Of a DNA stretch of 64,000 nt, positions 34,641-46,133 are shown in pieces. Position numbers and translations under genes: made by a program. The stretch's first letter is position 1; the number at the start of each line of letters is the position of its first letter. Origin of the DNA: Saprolegnia diclina VS20 (Eukaryota); the NCBI RefSeq assembly GCF_000281045.1, contig NW_008246144.1, positions 74,700-138,699 on the forward strand, written 5' to 3'. The notes under the pieces are model-generated. The model made no database searches. It was not told where the DNA came from and worked only from the letters and a program-made list of their open reading frames with translations.

Positions 34641-35731
34641 ATGAGCAACGAGGCCGACGTCTGGTCGCATGGCGGTAGCATCCTGCGTCCGGGTCGTAGC
34701 CCATGCGCAGCTGCCTGTAGGTGAGGATCAAGATGATGAGGACGAGGCAGCCGACGACGGCGAGGTGCAGAACGACGACGACGACGGTGGCTCCAACCTC
34801 TTTGACGCGTTCGAAGCCTTCCATCTCCAAGCCTCCAAGCGCATCGCCGTCTTGCTGCAGCTGAGCAACGACCAGGTCAGCTCCTTCTACGTATGACCGT
34901 AGCGCGTCTGCACATTGCTGCTAGATCCACGCGGTGAGCGACGCTGCCCACCCGACGCCCTGCCTCGTACGACACGCCGGACGAATGGCTGCGTTCATGC
35001 ACCTTCTTGTACGTAGACCAACGCCGACGACGACTGCTACCGACACTGGTCTGAAGGTGCGCCTTATCTGCGCGTCACGGGTCGTGGTACGTCCCGTCTT
35101 TCCTCCCATCGACAGCTCATGCGGGACAAGGCCTGTTGCACCCGCCGCTGGTGGGCGAGGAGCTACCGCAGTGCGTACCGCCTTTGGCCGTTGCCAAGAA
35201 GACGCATCCGCCGCCCCGAGGTGCCATCCTTCTGCATCACAAGACGCTATACTCTGACGTCATGCAACTGCATTAGCCATCTGCTTGGAAATTACTGGCA
35301 CCGCGGTACTGCTTGCCCCCAACCAAAGCTTTAGTCGCATCAACGACGAGGAAGAAGAAGAAGTGCTTGCAAGGTAGTACGCATATCCCGGTGCGCGGGA
35401 CCCACGATGATGATAGCGATGGTATTCTGGACGAACCGCTCTATGTGCATCAACTACCCCATACGAACGAGGCCAGCGACATCTTTACCGATCACGTTCG
35501 TCGTCTTGTGAGCGTGGACGGCGCTCAGCCAGCGCGTAGGCGTCACCACGCGCATCGCTCGTCCAGCAAATGCACGATGCATTCTTAGAGCGTCTTTGGC
35601 TCCAGACGGCCATCCAAGTACGTATTGCGTCTCTGGACTACTTAGCTAGCGAATGCATATCTGTAGTGTGACCCAATTTTGCGCCAAGTGCTCCAGCCAC
35701 TCGGCGAACCCGCCCTGCCGCCGCCACCGAG

Positions 35732-35765
<34 letters not shown>

Positions 35766-35906
35766 ATGAGTGATGACGTGGACGACCACGAAGCGTTTGA
35801 TCTGCACGGCAATGTGCTCACGTCCGTGACGTGTCACTTGCCGTCGACGCCGCGCTTTGAGATGCGACGGCACTACTCGCCGTCACGACCGCACGTGTTA
35901 GCCTAA
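34641..35906 (+). CDS. Hypothetical multi-exon protein (acidic N-terminus, Pro/Ser/Thr repeat)
   Basis: Coding-like segments (GEDQDDEDEAADD..., PPPPSPTPSPTPSPTP) separated by plausible short GT-AG introns; boundaries uncertain. Confidence 0.4.
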
Positions 35907-36460
35907 TGGTTGAGCAAAGAACGAGCCAGTCACGTGCCTGTAGGACAATGCCACACTTTGAGCCTGTGCTCACGACAAGGCAAGCGATCCCGTACCGGAT
36001 CAAACTGCGGTCCAAAGCCTGGTATCCCACATCTATCTGATGATCTATCTAGTATCGATCTATCGGACGCTAAGGACAAGATAGGCATGCGAGTCTTGTG
36101 AAGCCGGTAGCAAGTCGCAAAAAACCACCACGGCCCAACCAATCGTCGAGCGCGTTGACGATACTTCCCAAGATCCCCCCGCGGAGCTAATGCCCTGGAT
36201 AGCTCCAATCGAAACGTAAACTCTCCGACTCAGTACGACGAGAGCTATCTTTCAGTACGACTTATCTTAGCTGCTTCTATATAAGAATATCACCATAGTC
36301 GAAATTCTGATGCGACTCGGGACTTCCCGCCATTCCGCAAGATCGCGTCCGTGGCGCCGAGTTCAAACACATATTCCATCATGCACCAATCAACAAGTCG
36401 CATGCCAAAATGTTTCAGCCAATCAAAACGTTTCTTGCTCGTTGTGCGAAAGTGCACTTG

Positions 36461-36479
36461 GCTCCATTTTGCGACTTGG
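36461..36479 (+). promoter_or_regulatory. Inr+FPR core promoter of Pol kappa, with upstream CCAAT boxes (~36386, ~36419)
   Basis: GCTCCATTTTGCGACTTGG just before ATG 36484. Confidence 0.5.
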
Positions 36480-36483
36480 TGCG

Positions 36484-38620
36484 ATGGCCGACCACCTCTT
36501 CGTCTTTGCCAACAACAAGGCCGGCATGGACGGCGTCGACCGCTCCAAGGTCAACGAGACCATCTACGAGCTCTCCAAGGACTCGGCCTTTTTCAAAAAC
36601 TCGCTGGCGAAGGACGCCAAGACCGACGAGCGCATCGCCGAGCTCCGCCGTCGCCTCGATACCAAGCGCCGGCACGACCTCCACGAGACAGTTGACGCAC
36701 TCGTCCTCGAGCTCGAGGCCAAGCGGTGTCTACGCCGCGTCCACGTTGTTGTCGACATGGACATGTTCTTTGCTGCTGTTGAGATGCGCGATCGGCCCGA
36801 GCTCGCGACTGTCCCGATGGCCGTCGGCGGCATGGGCATGATCAGCACGGCCAACTACGAAGCGCGCAAGTTTGGCGTCCGCGCTGCGATGCCAGGTTTC
36901 ATTGGCAAGAAGCTCTGCCCGGCCCTTGTATTTGTCCCTCCGGATATGGCCAAGTACGCCGCCGTCGCCGACGTCACACGGCGCATCTTTGCCGAGTACG
37001 ATCCGCAGTTTGCGGCCGCAAGCATGGACGAAGCGTATTTGGACATCACCGACGTGTGCTTAGCCCGCGGTACTACGATCTTAGTGGGCGCGAGAGACCA
37101 GTGGTGCGAGTAGGCGCCACGGACACGGCGAGTATGGAGGCGACGGCCGCGGCCGTCACGGCCGAGTTGCGGCAGCGCATATTCGATGCGACCAAGCTCA
37201 CTGCGAGCGCCGGCATTTCTACCAACGCCAAGCTGGCCAAGGTATTCGTCTTCATTGATGTGATAGACAATTTTGTCGTTGGTGTAGGTCTGCTCCGACA
37301 TGAACAAGCCCAACGGACAGTACTTGCTACCGTTCACACGCGACGCGCTGGTGAAGTTCATCGAGAATCTCCCGATCCGCAAGCTCGGCGGCATTGGCAA
37401 GGTACGTGGCGCTATGTCACATTGGCGGTGGCCAACGCAGGCGGTAGGTGCGGGAGAAGGTGCTGGCCGCGCTCGGGATTCACACGGGCCTCGACCTCTT
37501 CAACGCGCGCTACGACTTGTTTCATAGTCACTCGGAGATTACAGCGCGATGGCTCCTGGAGATTTCCATGGGTGTCTACGAAGGCACGGGCGGCGACGAA
37601 CGCAAGAGCGTCAGGTACGACTACGTCGCTACTGGGGGTGCTACATCAACCCTAGTCGCGAGTCGACGTTTGCAGCCACGGGTTCTTTATTGGCGCTCAA
37701 AAGTATTTGCAAGGACATTGTCCAGCACGTCAGAGCCGACCTTCTTAGCGTACGTAGGCATGTACTACATGTCGTTGACAATCAAGTAGGAGCGCGTGAC
37801 GGGGCTCTGTGTGACGCTCAAGCTCAAGACTGAGGCCTTCCACGTCCGGACGCGTGCGTTCACGAGCAAGGCGAGCGTCGAGCCAACGCTGCTCGACCTC
37901 GCGTACATGCTCCTCGAGCGCGAAGTGCGGCACGACCAAAAGACGATCAAGCCACCGCCGCGCTACCGGCTCATGGGCGTTCGCATCTCCAAGCTCCAGG
38001 AGCGGGATGCGAGCTGCGAGGTCGCTGCGACGAGCCAGCTGCGGCTCGAGGAAACCTTGTTTGCGCCCGCCCCAGCAGCAAAGTGCCCCGTGTGTGCGTC
38101 CAGCGTGCCACGCGCGCAGCTCCAGCGACACATTCAAGAGTGTCTTGGTGACGACGACGCGTGTCCGAGGTCGTCGGATACAATATTGTCATCGCCTGTC
38201 AAAAGGAAAAGGTCTTTTTTTCAGGAGACGCCACCAACACCGTCCCGACGCCCTGACCGCAGCGAGTCAACTGCGTCCGATGCACTGACGACGCATGTTG
38301 AGGCAGCGAGCACGGCCGGTAGCAGCACCAAAATGGCTCCCGACGAGACGTTGACAGCGTGTCCGATCTGCGGACAGTCGTTCGAGTCGCAGAGCCCAGC
38401 GTGGATGAACCGGCACATTGAAGCCTGTCTCGGCGACACGACCGGAACGTCCGATGAAAGAACTAGTACCGGTACACCGTCGTGTCCAGTGTGCAGTGCG
38501 CCGTTGGACATGGCGAGTACCCAGGCCGTGAACGACCACTTGGACGCGTGCTTGGCCCACGTGGCACGCCCCAAGCGCCGCAAACCCAAAAGTATCAAGA
38601 CCTTCTTTCAGCAGCCGTAA
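36484..38620 (+). CDS. POLK: DNA polymerase kappa (Y-family, DinB), multi-exon
   Basis: NNKAGMDGVD N-clasp, VVVDMDMFFAAVE, STANYEARKFGVRAAMPGFIGKKLCP, SMDEAYLD, CSDMNKPNGQ, RLMGVRISKL; three CPxC...H...C UBZ-type fingers; C-terminal KSIKTFF PIP-like box. Confidence 0.95.
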
Positions 38621-39628
38621 ATTATTCGCGATAAGAACACGTGGCTACCAGATACACGGGCAGGATGCCCCATGAGCAACCAAGCCGTGGCTGCATGTCC
38701 GCCTCGGTCTGCTCGCCAGTGCGAAGCAGAGCTGGTGCGTGGCCATGAGCCGCTACTTGGTCCTGCACTGGCTTTTCTAACATAATAGTTATTGGCAGTG
38801 TTGACGGGCGCGATTATGGTCGGCCGACGTCGGGTAAGCTCGGTGCTGGATCTCGATTGCGAAAGACCAACACTGCGTGAACTTCAACTTGATGCGACCC
38901 GAAGACTTTGAATTATGTGGCTGTGGGAGAGACGATTCACTGTGTATACCAAGCCTCTGTCAATGGTCGTGTGCTAACTCACGCACTCGACTGAATGAAT
39001 CGAGATGCCCATCAACAGCGTCGGGCAAGTGCACTCTCATTCTGCAGCAGGAAATTTGCAGAAATTCAAAAATAAAAAATGCGATGCTCTTGGCTTTCGC
39101 CAGGCTTGCACAAAGGACAGCCCTCGGGCGTTGAAGGTACGACTGGTCGTGTGGACGCCATCGACTTCGGCAAGAGCAAGTATGATCATGATGATGCAAG
39201 CGTGGACGCCCCAAATCATCGCAGTGTTGCTCGTGTCCCAGCCCCATACAAACACCAAGATGTACACCATTACCGGAGTGAGTATACAAACGCCAAGTCG
39301 ATTTGGAAGCCATCTCGCCGGTTCGACGGCTGGAAAATAAAATGCGCGTCTCGGCCCGCGACATTGCATTATACTCGACAATTGTATACTTTGCTTACCG
39401 CCACGAATATAAATCGAACGATTATTTTAAAAGAAATGTATTCTTATAAAAATATGCCATGGCGTGCCCAACCGCCGGACCGCCTCATACAATTGCAACA
39501 TTTATTTCAAGCTCGATGTTTGTATGGAAACGCGTGAAATCGATTGTATGATGAGCTTGGTCGCTTGGAATTACAAACAGGTGGCGGTGGCGCCATGTCG
39601 CAGTCCCGCGCTGGCCATCGCCAAGTCC

Positions 39629-39644
39629 ATCATTCCGAGATTCG
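39629..39644 (+). promoter_or_regulatory. Inr+FPR core promoter (supports ATG 39658 rather than the longer ORF start)
   Basis: ATCATTCCGAGATTCG, about 13 nt upstream of the MGCAPSK start. Confidence 0.55.
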
Positions 39645-39657
39645 CTACCTTCTCAAC

Positions 39658-40800
39658 ATGGGCTGCGCTCCGTCCAAGATTGAGGCGCAGGTCGACATGC
39701 CACGCGCCAAGGACGAGGTCTCGACGGCCACGACGGCGACGACGACCAAGCAGACCAAGCTCGACGGAACGCCATCGGGGTCGCCGGCCGTCTCGCTGCG
39801 CTCGGCCCTCTCTGCCTCGATCCTCGGGACGCCGCCGGGCTCGCCCATCGACGCCATCGACCTTTTCAATCCGTCGGCAATCGGCGCGGTGCTCAGCGAC
39901 CCGCGCCTCGTGCGCCTTGTGACGCAGTACCAGCACGGCGTTGAGGCCACCTTGCACGAGATTGTGCTGCAGTGGAAGCGCCTTTCCGACGAGCAGGCCA
40001 AGGCCAAGTACATTTTGCGGTCGTTTGACGTGCCCAACTATGGCCTCGCGCGCGTGCGCATGCTGTACCACCACCGGCGCTATGTCTTCACGCCCGAGCT
40101 CGTGACGCTTCTGGCGTCGTATGGCGGCGCCGCGATCCTCGAATACCTCCACTCGAAAGAGCCGAACGAGACCGCCATCTTCTTTACAAGCGCGACCATG
40201 GACGCGGCCGCGCAGAGCGGCAAGCTCGGGCTGGTGGAGTTTCTGCACTCGCACCGGACCGAGGGCTGCACCCACCGCGCAATGGACTATGCGGCCATGG
40301 GCGGCCACAAGGCGATCGTCGAGTTCCTCCATGAGCACCGCTCGGAAGGCTGCAGCGTCGAGGCCATGAACGGCGCGGCGCGCAAGGGCAACCTCGAGAT
40401 TGTGCGCTTCCTCCACGAGCACCGGAACGAAGGCTGCGACCATTCGGCGGTCGACAGCGCGGCGCTGCAAGGTCACTTGGAGGTCGTCAAGTTCTTTTGC
40501 GAGCACCGCCGCAGTGACATTGCGAGCGACAGCGCGCTGGCGGCCGCGATCGAGAAGGGCCATGTGGCCATCGTCGAGCTCCTCCTTGAGACGTTCCCAT
40601 TGGAAGGCAACACGCTCAAGATGCTCTGCGACGCGGCCCGGCGCGGCCATCTCCCGATCATCAAGTACCTCTACAAGCAGCGCGCCGAAGCGACGCGGTA
40701 TACCTCGCAAGCCATCTTCTACGCCAACCAGAAGGGCCACACGGGCCTTGTCGCGTACCTCGAAGCCGAGCAGCGCCACCTCGTGAGCCAGCTCGCTTAG
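39658..40800 (+). CDS. Ankyrin-repeat protein with a predicted N-acylation motif, intronless
   Basis: MGCAPSK start; repeats such as EGCTHRAMDYAAMGGHKAIVEFLHEHRSEG. Confidence 0.9.
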   Translation: MGCAPSKIEAQVDMPRAKDEVSTATTATTTKQTKLDGTPSGSPAVSLRSALSASILGTPPGSPIDAIDLFNPSAIGAVLSDPRLVRLVTQYQHGVEATLHEIVLQWKRLSDEQAKAKYILRSFDVPNYGLARVRMLYHHRRYVFTPELVTLLASYGGAAILEYLHSKEPNETAIFFTSATMDAAAQSGKLGLVEFLHSHRTEGCTHRAMDYAAMGGHKAIVEFLHEHRSEGCSVEAMNGAARKGNLEIVRFLHEHRNEGCDHSAVDSAALQGHLEVVKFFCEHRRSDIASDSALAAAIEKGHVAIVELLLETFPLEGNTLKMLCDAARRGHLPIIKYLYKQRAEATRYTSQAIFYANQKGHTGLVAYLEAEQRHLVSQLA

Positions 40801-40841
40801 CTTCGACTATTTAACCTCTTTACTATTTATTCTTTTGACGC

Positions 40842-41441
40842 TCAATATTGCTCGGTCGCAAGCAAGAGCGGGTTGTCGTGCTGCGTGGGCTTGAAGTCGT
40901 AGTAGATCAAACACACCTACGGTCGTTGGGACCAGCAGGCAAGAGCGGAGGACGTACGACTTCCTTCTCGAACGCCGGCGCGCCGTCAATGCCATACTCG
41001 TGGAGCGTCAGCATCTCGTCCGTGAGCTCGTTCGCCTCGGCAAAGTGGTCCTTGCAGATCTTGAGGCTCGTGATGGGCCCATGGCGCTTCTCAATCTCGT
41101 TCTACCGCAATCAAGAGCGCAATGGCGAGCGCATGTCTACCTTGACGGCGAAGAGCCGCGTCGACGTCTTGACCTTCCACTTGAAGTTGAGGTAGCTCCA
41201 ATTGAGCAGCTAGGACATGGCGAGAGCGTGCATAGGAAGGCGATGAAGCTGAGCGTACCCGCATGTCGAGCGTCACGAGCTCGACCGTCTCCTCGGGGAT
41301 CGCGAGCGGTACGTACTCGGCGTCCGGCTAGCCCATGAGGAGGATGGCTCCAGCGCATGAGGTAGATGGACGTACGTGCGCTTCCGGCGTACCGTCTTCG
41401 CTGCTCGCCGCCGCATGCTTCTTGGCCTTCTTCTTGGGCAT
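40842..41441 (-). CDS. Small (~135 aa) 5-exon protein, possibly ubiquitin-like fold
   Basis: Manual splicing gives MPKKKAKK...VTLDMRLLNWSYLNFKWKVKTSTRLFAVKNEIEKRHGPITSLKICKDHFAEANELTDEMLTLHEYGIDG...IYYDFKPTQHDNPLLLATEQY; CCAAT box upstream. Confidence 0.7.
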
Positions 41442-41905
41442 CGGCCAAAACAGATTTGCAACCGCCACGCGCTCATTGGTTGAAAATGGGGTCCATTCCG
41501 TGTTTGGATTGGCTGCAAGGTACCGTAGTGTACTCTAGTACATGTACGGGGACATGTACCAGAGTACAGCTCAGGCCCCATCAAGGCAATCCCAGGACTG
41601 GGATGACGACCACGTACACGAGGACACTGTGTATTTTGTACATGCTGCATACAGGGTCTTAAGAGCGACTCGCTGTACGCTGTCTTGAGCGTAGCGTTGA
41701 TCGTAATCAAGGGTACATATGATCGTAATGTCCATCATGCAGGCTATTTTTGCTTCCAAGGTGACCAACGGTGAAGACAGCATGGCATGGGAAGCGCGCT
41801 GCAACCAGCAAGGCTACACATACTATGTCGACACAGAGACAGGTACATGAGCTTATGCTAGTAGCAATATTGCCCATGTTGCTAACACACTTGCGTGTAG
41901 GAGTG

Positions 41906-42418
41906 ATGCAGTGGGCCCCGCCCCCCGCGCCCCCCCTCGCGACCGAGACCATTGAGATTGTGGAAGACGATGCGCCATGCGCCAGCGACTCGAGTCGCAG
42001 CGAAGCAGACAACACCAACGACGACGACGAGGATGATGAGGATGATGATCAGTGTGAGACGCTTCTGAACTCGCGGGACCTTGACCAGACACTGGGCTTG
42101 CCCCGCCTTGTGCAGACCACTGTCTACCGCGCGCTCACCTGTGTGAAGACATTTCGTGATCGGGCATGGACTTATGCACGCGTACTAGGGGTGGTGTTAG
42201 AAGTCTGGCAAAGCCACCGTGAACTCGGTGCGTACCTCGCGCACGCCACCCAACGACTCCTGCACGGCTTGCCCCCCGTGGCAGCATTTCTACGGCCGTC
42301 CCGCGCGACGCTCGTGCATCCGCATGCGATTCCGACTTCGTTCATTCCATCATCGCCCAAAAGCGCTGTTGTAGCTGATGTGAGCGACGACGTTGCGTTA
42401 GGCGACGACATGGCCTAA
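41906..42418 (+). CDS. Hypothetical protein
   Basis: Open frame with an acidic stretch and coding-like composition; upstream GT-AG intron; start uncertain. Confidence 0.35.
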   Translation: MQWAPPPAPPLATETIEIVEDDAPCASDSSRSEADNTNDDDEDDEDDDQCETLLNSRDLDQTLGLPRLVQTTVYRALTCVKTFRDRAWTYARVLGVVLEVWQSHRELGAYLAHATQRLLHGLPPVAAFLRPSRATLVHPHAIPTSFIPSSPKSAVVADVSDDVALGDDMA

Positions 42419-42588
42419 CACGGCGACAGAGCTAGTTTCTTTCGTTTAATATCTACTGACAATACTCTCCAGTTACAAAAGCTGCTTAACCCTCCCATAC
42501 TAGAATAGAAGGAAGTAGGAAGAGACTCGACTTTAGTTGATGTTAGTCGCACCAGAAATCAGAATGAATCTGAGAGCCATGACAGAGA

Positions 42589-43797
42589 CTAGAGCTTTGC
42601 GGGTGTGAGGTGGAACATGCGGGGGGCGGCCATGCCAGCCGCAATGAACGCGAGAAGCCACACGAAGGGACCGACGACAGGCACCTGCACGAAATACCCG
42701 AGCACATATGAGAACCCAAATAGCATCGCCGACTGATGCGGTGATATCGTGCATGGAATCTCTACCGCGTCCTCCATAGGCAAATATGCTCTGATGAGAC
42801 TCGTACCGTGTTCTGTGACGAGCTTTGCCTTGCGAGCAAAGACGGGGTAAAAGAGCTCTTTGGTCACCGCTCTAACCACAAACCGCATCCATATCTTGCC
42901 ATATCGTACGCATGTACCGTGCGTCAAACCAAATTTTGGCGAGCTCGATCGCAATCGGTCGGGTCCACGGCACAACGTACAAGCCAAACACGACGGACGA
43001 CAGGACCATTTCTGTGCGTCGGATCCTATAAATGCCCACATTCTCGATCGAAGATATGGATCGTATGGAAATCGCACTTGAAGCCAAACGCCGCGATGGC
43101 AAAGAGACTGCCAAAGAGCGGCGTCAAGAACGAGCCCAAGGCGAGGATGAGAAAGAGCGCCGACCGGTACGCCAAGAAGGTCGCTGTCGCGCGGAGGTAG
43201 TCCCAGTCAAAGAGAGATATGGGGATCTACGTCCATAGACAGCCACGTACAGCATTATTGGCAGCAGTCGTACCGAGGAGAGGACCGGCACGAAAGACGC
43301 GTGCTCCTGGCCGAGCCCGAGGAAGAAGAGGTTGTCGACCAGCGTCGGGTGGACATAGCGACACGCAGCGATGAGCACAAACGGAACGCCCGTGACCCAC
43401 TTTTGAAACACGCTCGCGAGCAGCGTCGTGTACGGCCTAGTACGACTCTGAGGCAAATGTCAGGTGTACCGCGTACGAGTTGCGGCCAAGGAACAGCCAG
43501 AGCACGAGCTGGATCGGCCACGCAATCGTCGCGCCGATGAGAATGAGCAAGGCTGAGGTACCTGCGAGCACCCAGAGCGTCCTAGAGCCACGTGCTGTCG
43601 TGGCCTCACTACGAGGGGCTGCCTACCGGCGATACGACCCGCGAAGCTCGGGCAGCCCCGCCGCCAGCGCGCAGCCCTTGACTACACACAGCGTGGGCTA
43701 GCGCATCTGTCGACAAAGACGTACACGCGAGGACGGCGCCGATGAGCGCGGCCTTGAAGCCTTGGTCCATGGCAGCGATGGATGGGACGTGCGCCAT
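42589..43797 (-). CDS. Multi-pass membrane protein, possibly EI24/CysZ-like, multi-exon
   Basis: Hydrophobic exons; C-terminal LFGFSYVLGYFVQVPVVGPFVWLLAFIAAGMAA; family assignment is inferred. Confidence 0.6.
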
Positions 43798-44139
43798 GAT
43801 TTTGTTTTTGTGCTCGGGCGGCCGAACGACGGTCGCGGAATGATGGTACTTTGAAATGGTCCGCAAATAGTGTGTTCCACGGCGTCGCCACAACACGACC
43901 CGTGTGCGTATACATCAACAAAATCGGACACCGCGAGCGCCATGCTTGCGTGCGTTCAACACTAGAGCTACTTGGCCACCGTGTCGGACCGGTGGTGTCG
44001 ACAGAACAAGGACCGTTGGCCGAGATGGCCAGAGAACCGACGGATATAGTGTGTAGACAGGCCGCGTCTCCGTGGCGCCGCCGACCAGACCGACGCCGAC
44101 ACGTATCTCGGAACCGATATCGGAACTAGCAATGATGTA

Positions 44140-44700
44140 CTACTAGGGTATGTAGTGTCATAGTTTTTAATTTTCTCTTTCTCGCAAGTGGCGGGGTGTG
44201 GTGGCACAGAGGACGGACGACGACGAGGACGACAAAAAGGAGGTCGGCTGGCAGATATGGACGCGGCTTGGCGACGTGTGAACGTACTCGTAGAGTGTAC
44301 GCGGTGTGTGCTGGCGTTAAAACTGGGTTGGCGCGACATACACGATGGTGCTAGACACCTGGAGCACGCCATCAAGCGGGACAAGCGTCGGGTCGTCGGT
44401 GGCGGCGACAAAGGCAATGTCGCCAAGCTCAAAGTGCTGGTCGTTGGGAAGATGGGTTGCGCAGCATCCCGAGGCGTCGTCGAGCGCGGGGCAGTCGCAG
44501 CCAACCACGGAGCACGGTTGCATCTCGACACCTTGGTCACACGTGAAGAAATGACCGAGGTTTGCGTTTTGGCCGCGCTCACTGACAGCTGGTGTCGCCA
44601 CCACGTGGTGGCACGCCAGGTGTACACGCGTAGGAACCCACACGTATGCCACGACAGCCTTGCTCGCCGCCCACTGCAAAAAGGTTGAACTAAGCCGACG
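44140..44700 (-). CDS. Hypothetical protein fragment with a Cys/His motif (CSVVGC..ALD..GCCATH)
   Basis: Coding-like frame 44317-44679 with a possible zinc-binding motif; exon structure unresolved. Confidence 0.3.
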
Positions 44701-46133
44701 ACGGCGAGGCTGTGTCGAGCTTACGATTCAACACTGTCGTAGCTCGTAGTCGGTCTATCGCTTCGTTGACGACTTGCGGCACACTTCAGAGGTCGGACAG
44801 TCCAGTCGCACCATTTCTGAGAGGCGCGGCGCGTCTGGGACGTTTCGGTACATACGAAGCGCGCACCGCAGCAATAGTGTCGATTCTGTTTTGCACTTTG
44901 CAGTACATGCGACCACTGGTATCAGCGCTATATGGCTATATGGCTCCGACACGGTGGTGAAGCCTGTGGTGAGCCCACGTTGGCCGCTAGAATCACTGCT
45001 CGACACTCCAACGACTGCTGACTTGGTGACCACCATGCATAGTTATGTTTATAGCTACGGGCTTTGAATCCATGCAGCCATGTCATTCCCTTGCGTGCCC
45101 GTTGCAAGCAGCTAGACATTACAGTGTAATACTACGACGACTACGTACTACGACATGGGCAACGCTTCGTAATGACGACTTGTGCACGACGTGGGATTTT
45201 CGAATTGGCACCAAAAGACGGTGGTGCATGGCGGTTTGTTCAACGACGAACGCTGTAGGCGCCTCGAAGGGCAACGCAATAATAACGCTCGTCCAGCATA
45301 TGCATGCGTAGGTGTGAAGGCCTGTTGGATATGTGGCATCGTCCGTGGCTATCAGTCAGTCACCTTCATGCGTCTCGACGTACTGTACTACATCACAGGA
45401 TGTACTCGCAATGGCGACACCGACCAGCCTAAAATGAGGCTAATATCGTAGCGAAAGTGCAGCACAAAATGCGTCATGTCGTGACACCGAGGCGTTGCAC
45501 CAATAGGGGCATGATGCTGCAGCGTGGCAACTCGACCAGAATGCTGTCGCTATCACGAGTGCGCTGTCTAACGGTGGCGCGGATTGCTTAAGTACACGGA
45601 GGCAGTTGCGCCGGCTCGCGCGGCATCCACGTTCGATCCCGATCTCCGCACCTGCACTGCGTCAACGTTGCCAAAGCTGATAATCGTGCGTGATGGAAAC
45701 CGCGAAGCGGACCCATGTCGACTGCGAGCCACCCGACAAATGCAAACATCTTGATGGACTCACCGTCCCGTGGCGACAGAATTACGATTCCGCCGTGTCC
45801 GTGATCATACCACGACAGCGCGCTGTCTTCAAGGAATGAGACGAGGTCGTACAACGCTCTCGTTGTCGTGCTACTATCTCTAAATTCGGTTTCGGATTAC
45901 ATGTCTTTATTGCACTATTGCGAATGTACTTCTGAATGCAACGTTCTACCTCTCACACGTGTGCCTGCAACCCCTTCTACCACATTGGTTTGAGCATAGT
46001 TTTTGATCCAAGTCATATAGCTCGGACTGGCGCGCACCCAGAGAGCGTGGACTGACATGGATGAAGTCGCGTAGGACGTGTGCAACGCCCACTGTTCCAA
46101 CTTGGGCCGCAGCCATGTTTACCCGCAGTGGTT

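Noticed and set aside
39037..39381. Hydrophobic 114-aa minus-strand ORF
   Set aside because: No clear start or splice context, atypical codon usage and no recognisable family.
39571..40779. 402-aa antisense ORF, and similar long antisense ORFs at 6283, 17635 and 62561
   Set aside because: Shadows of high-GC3 coding sequence on the opposite strand, with no recognisable motifs.
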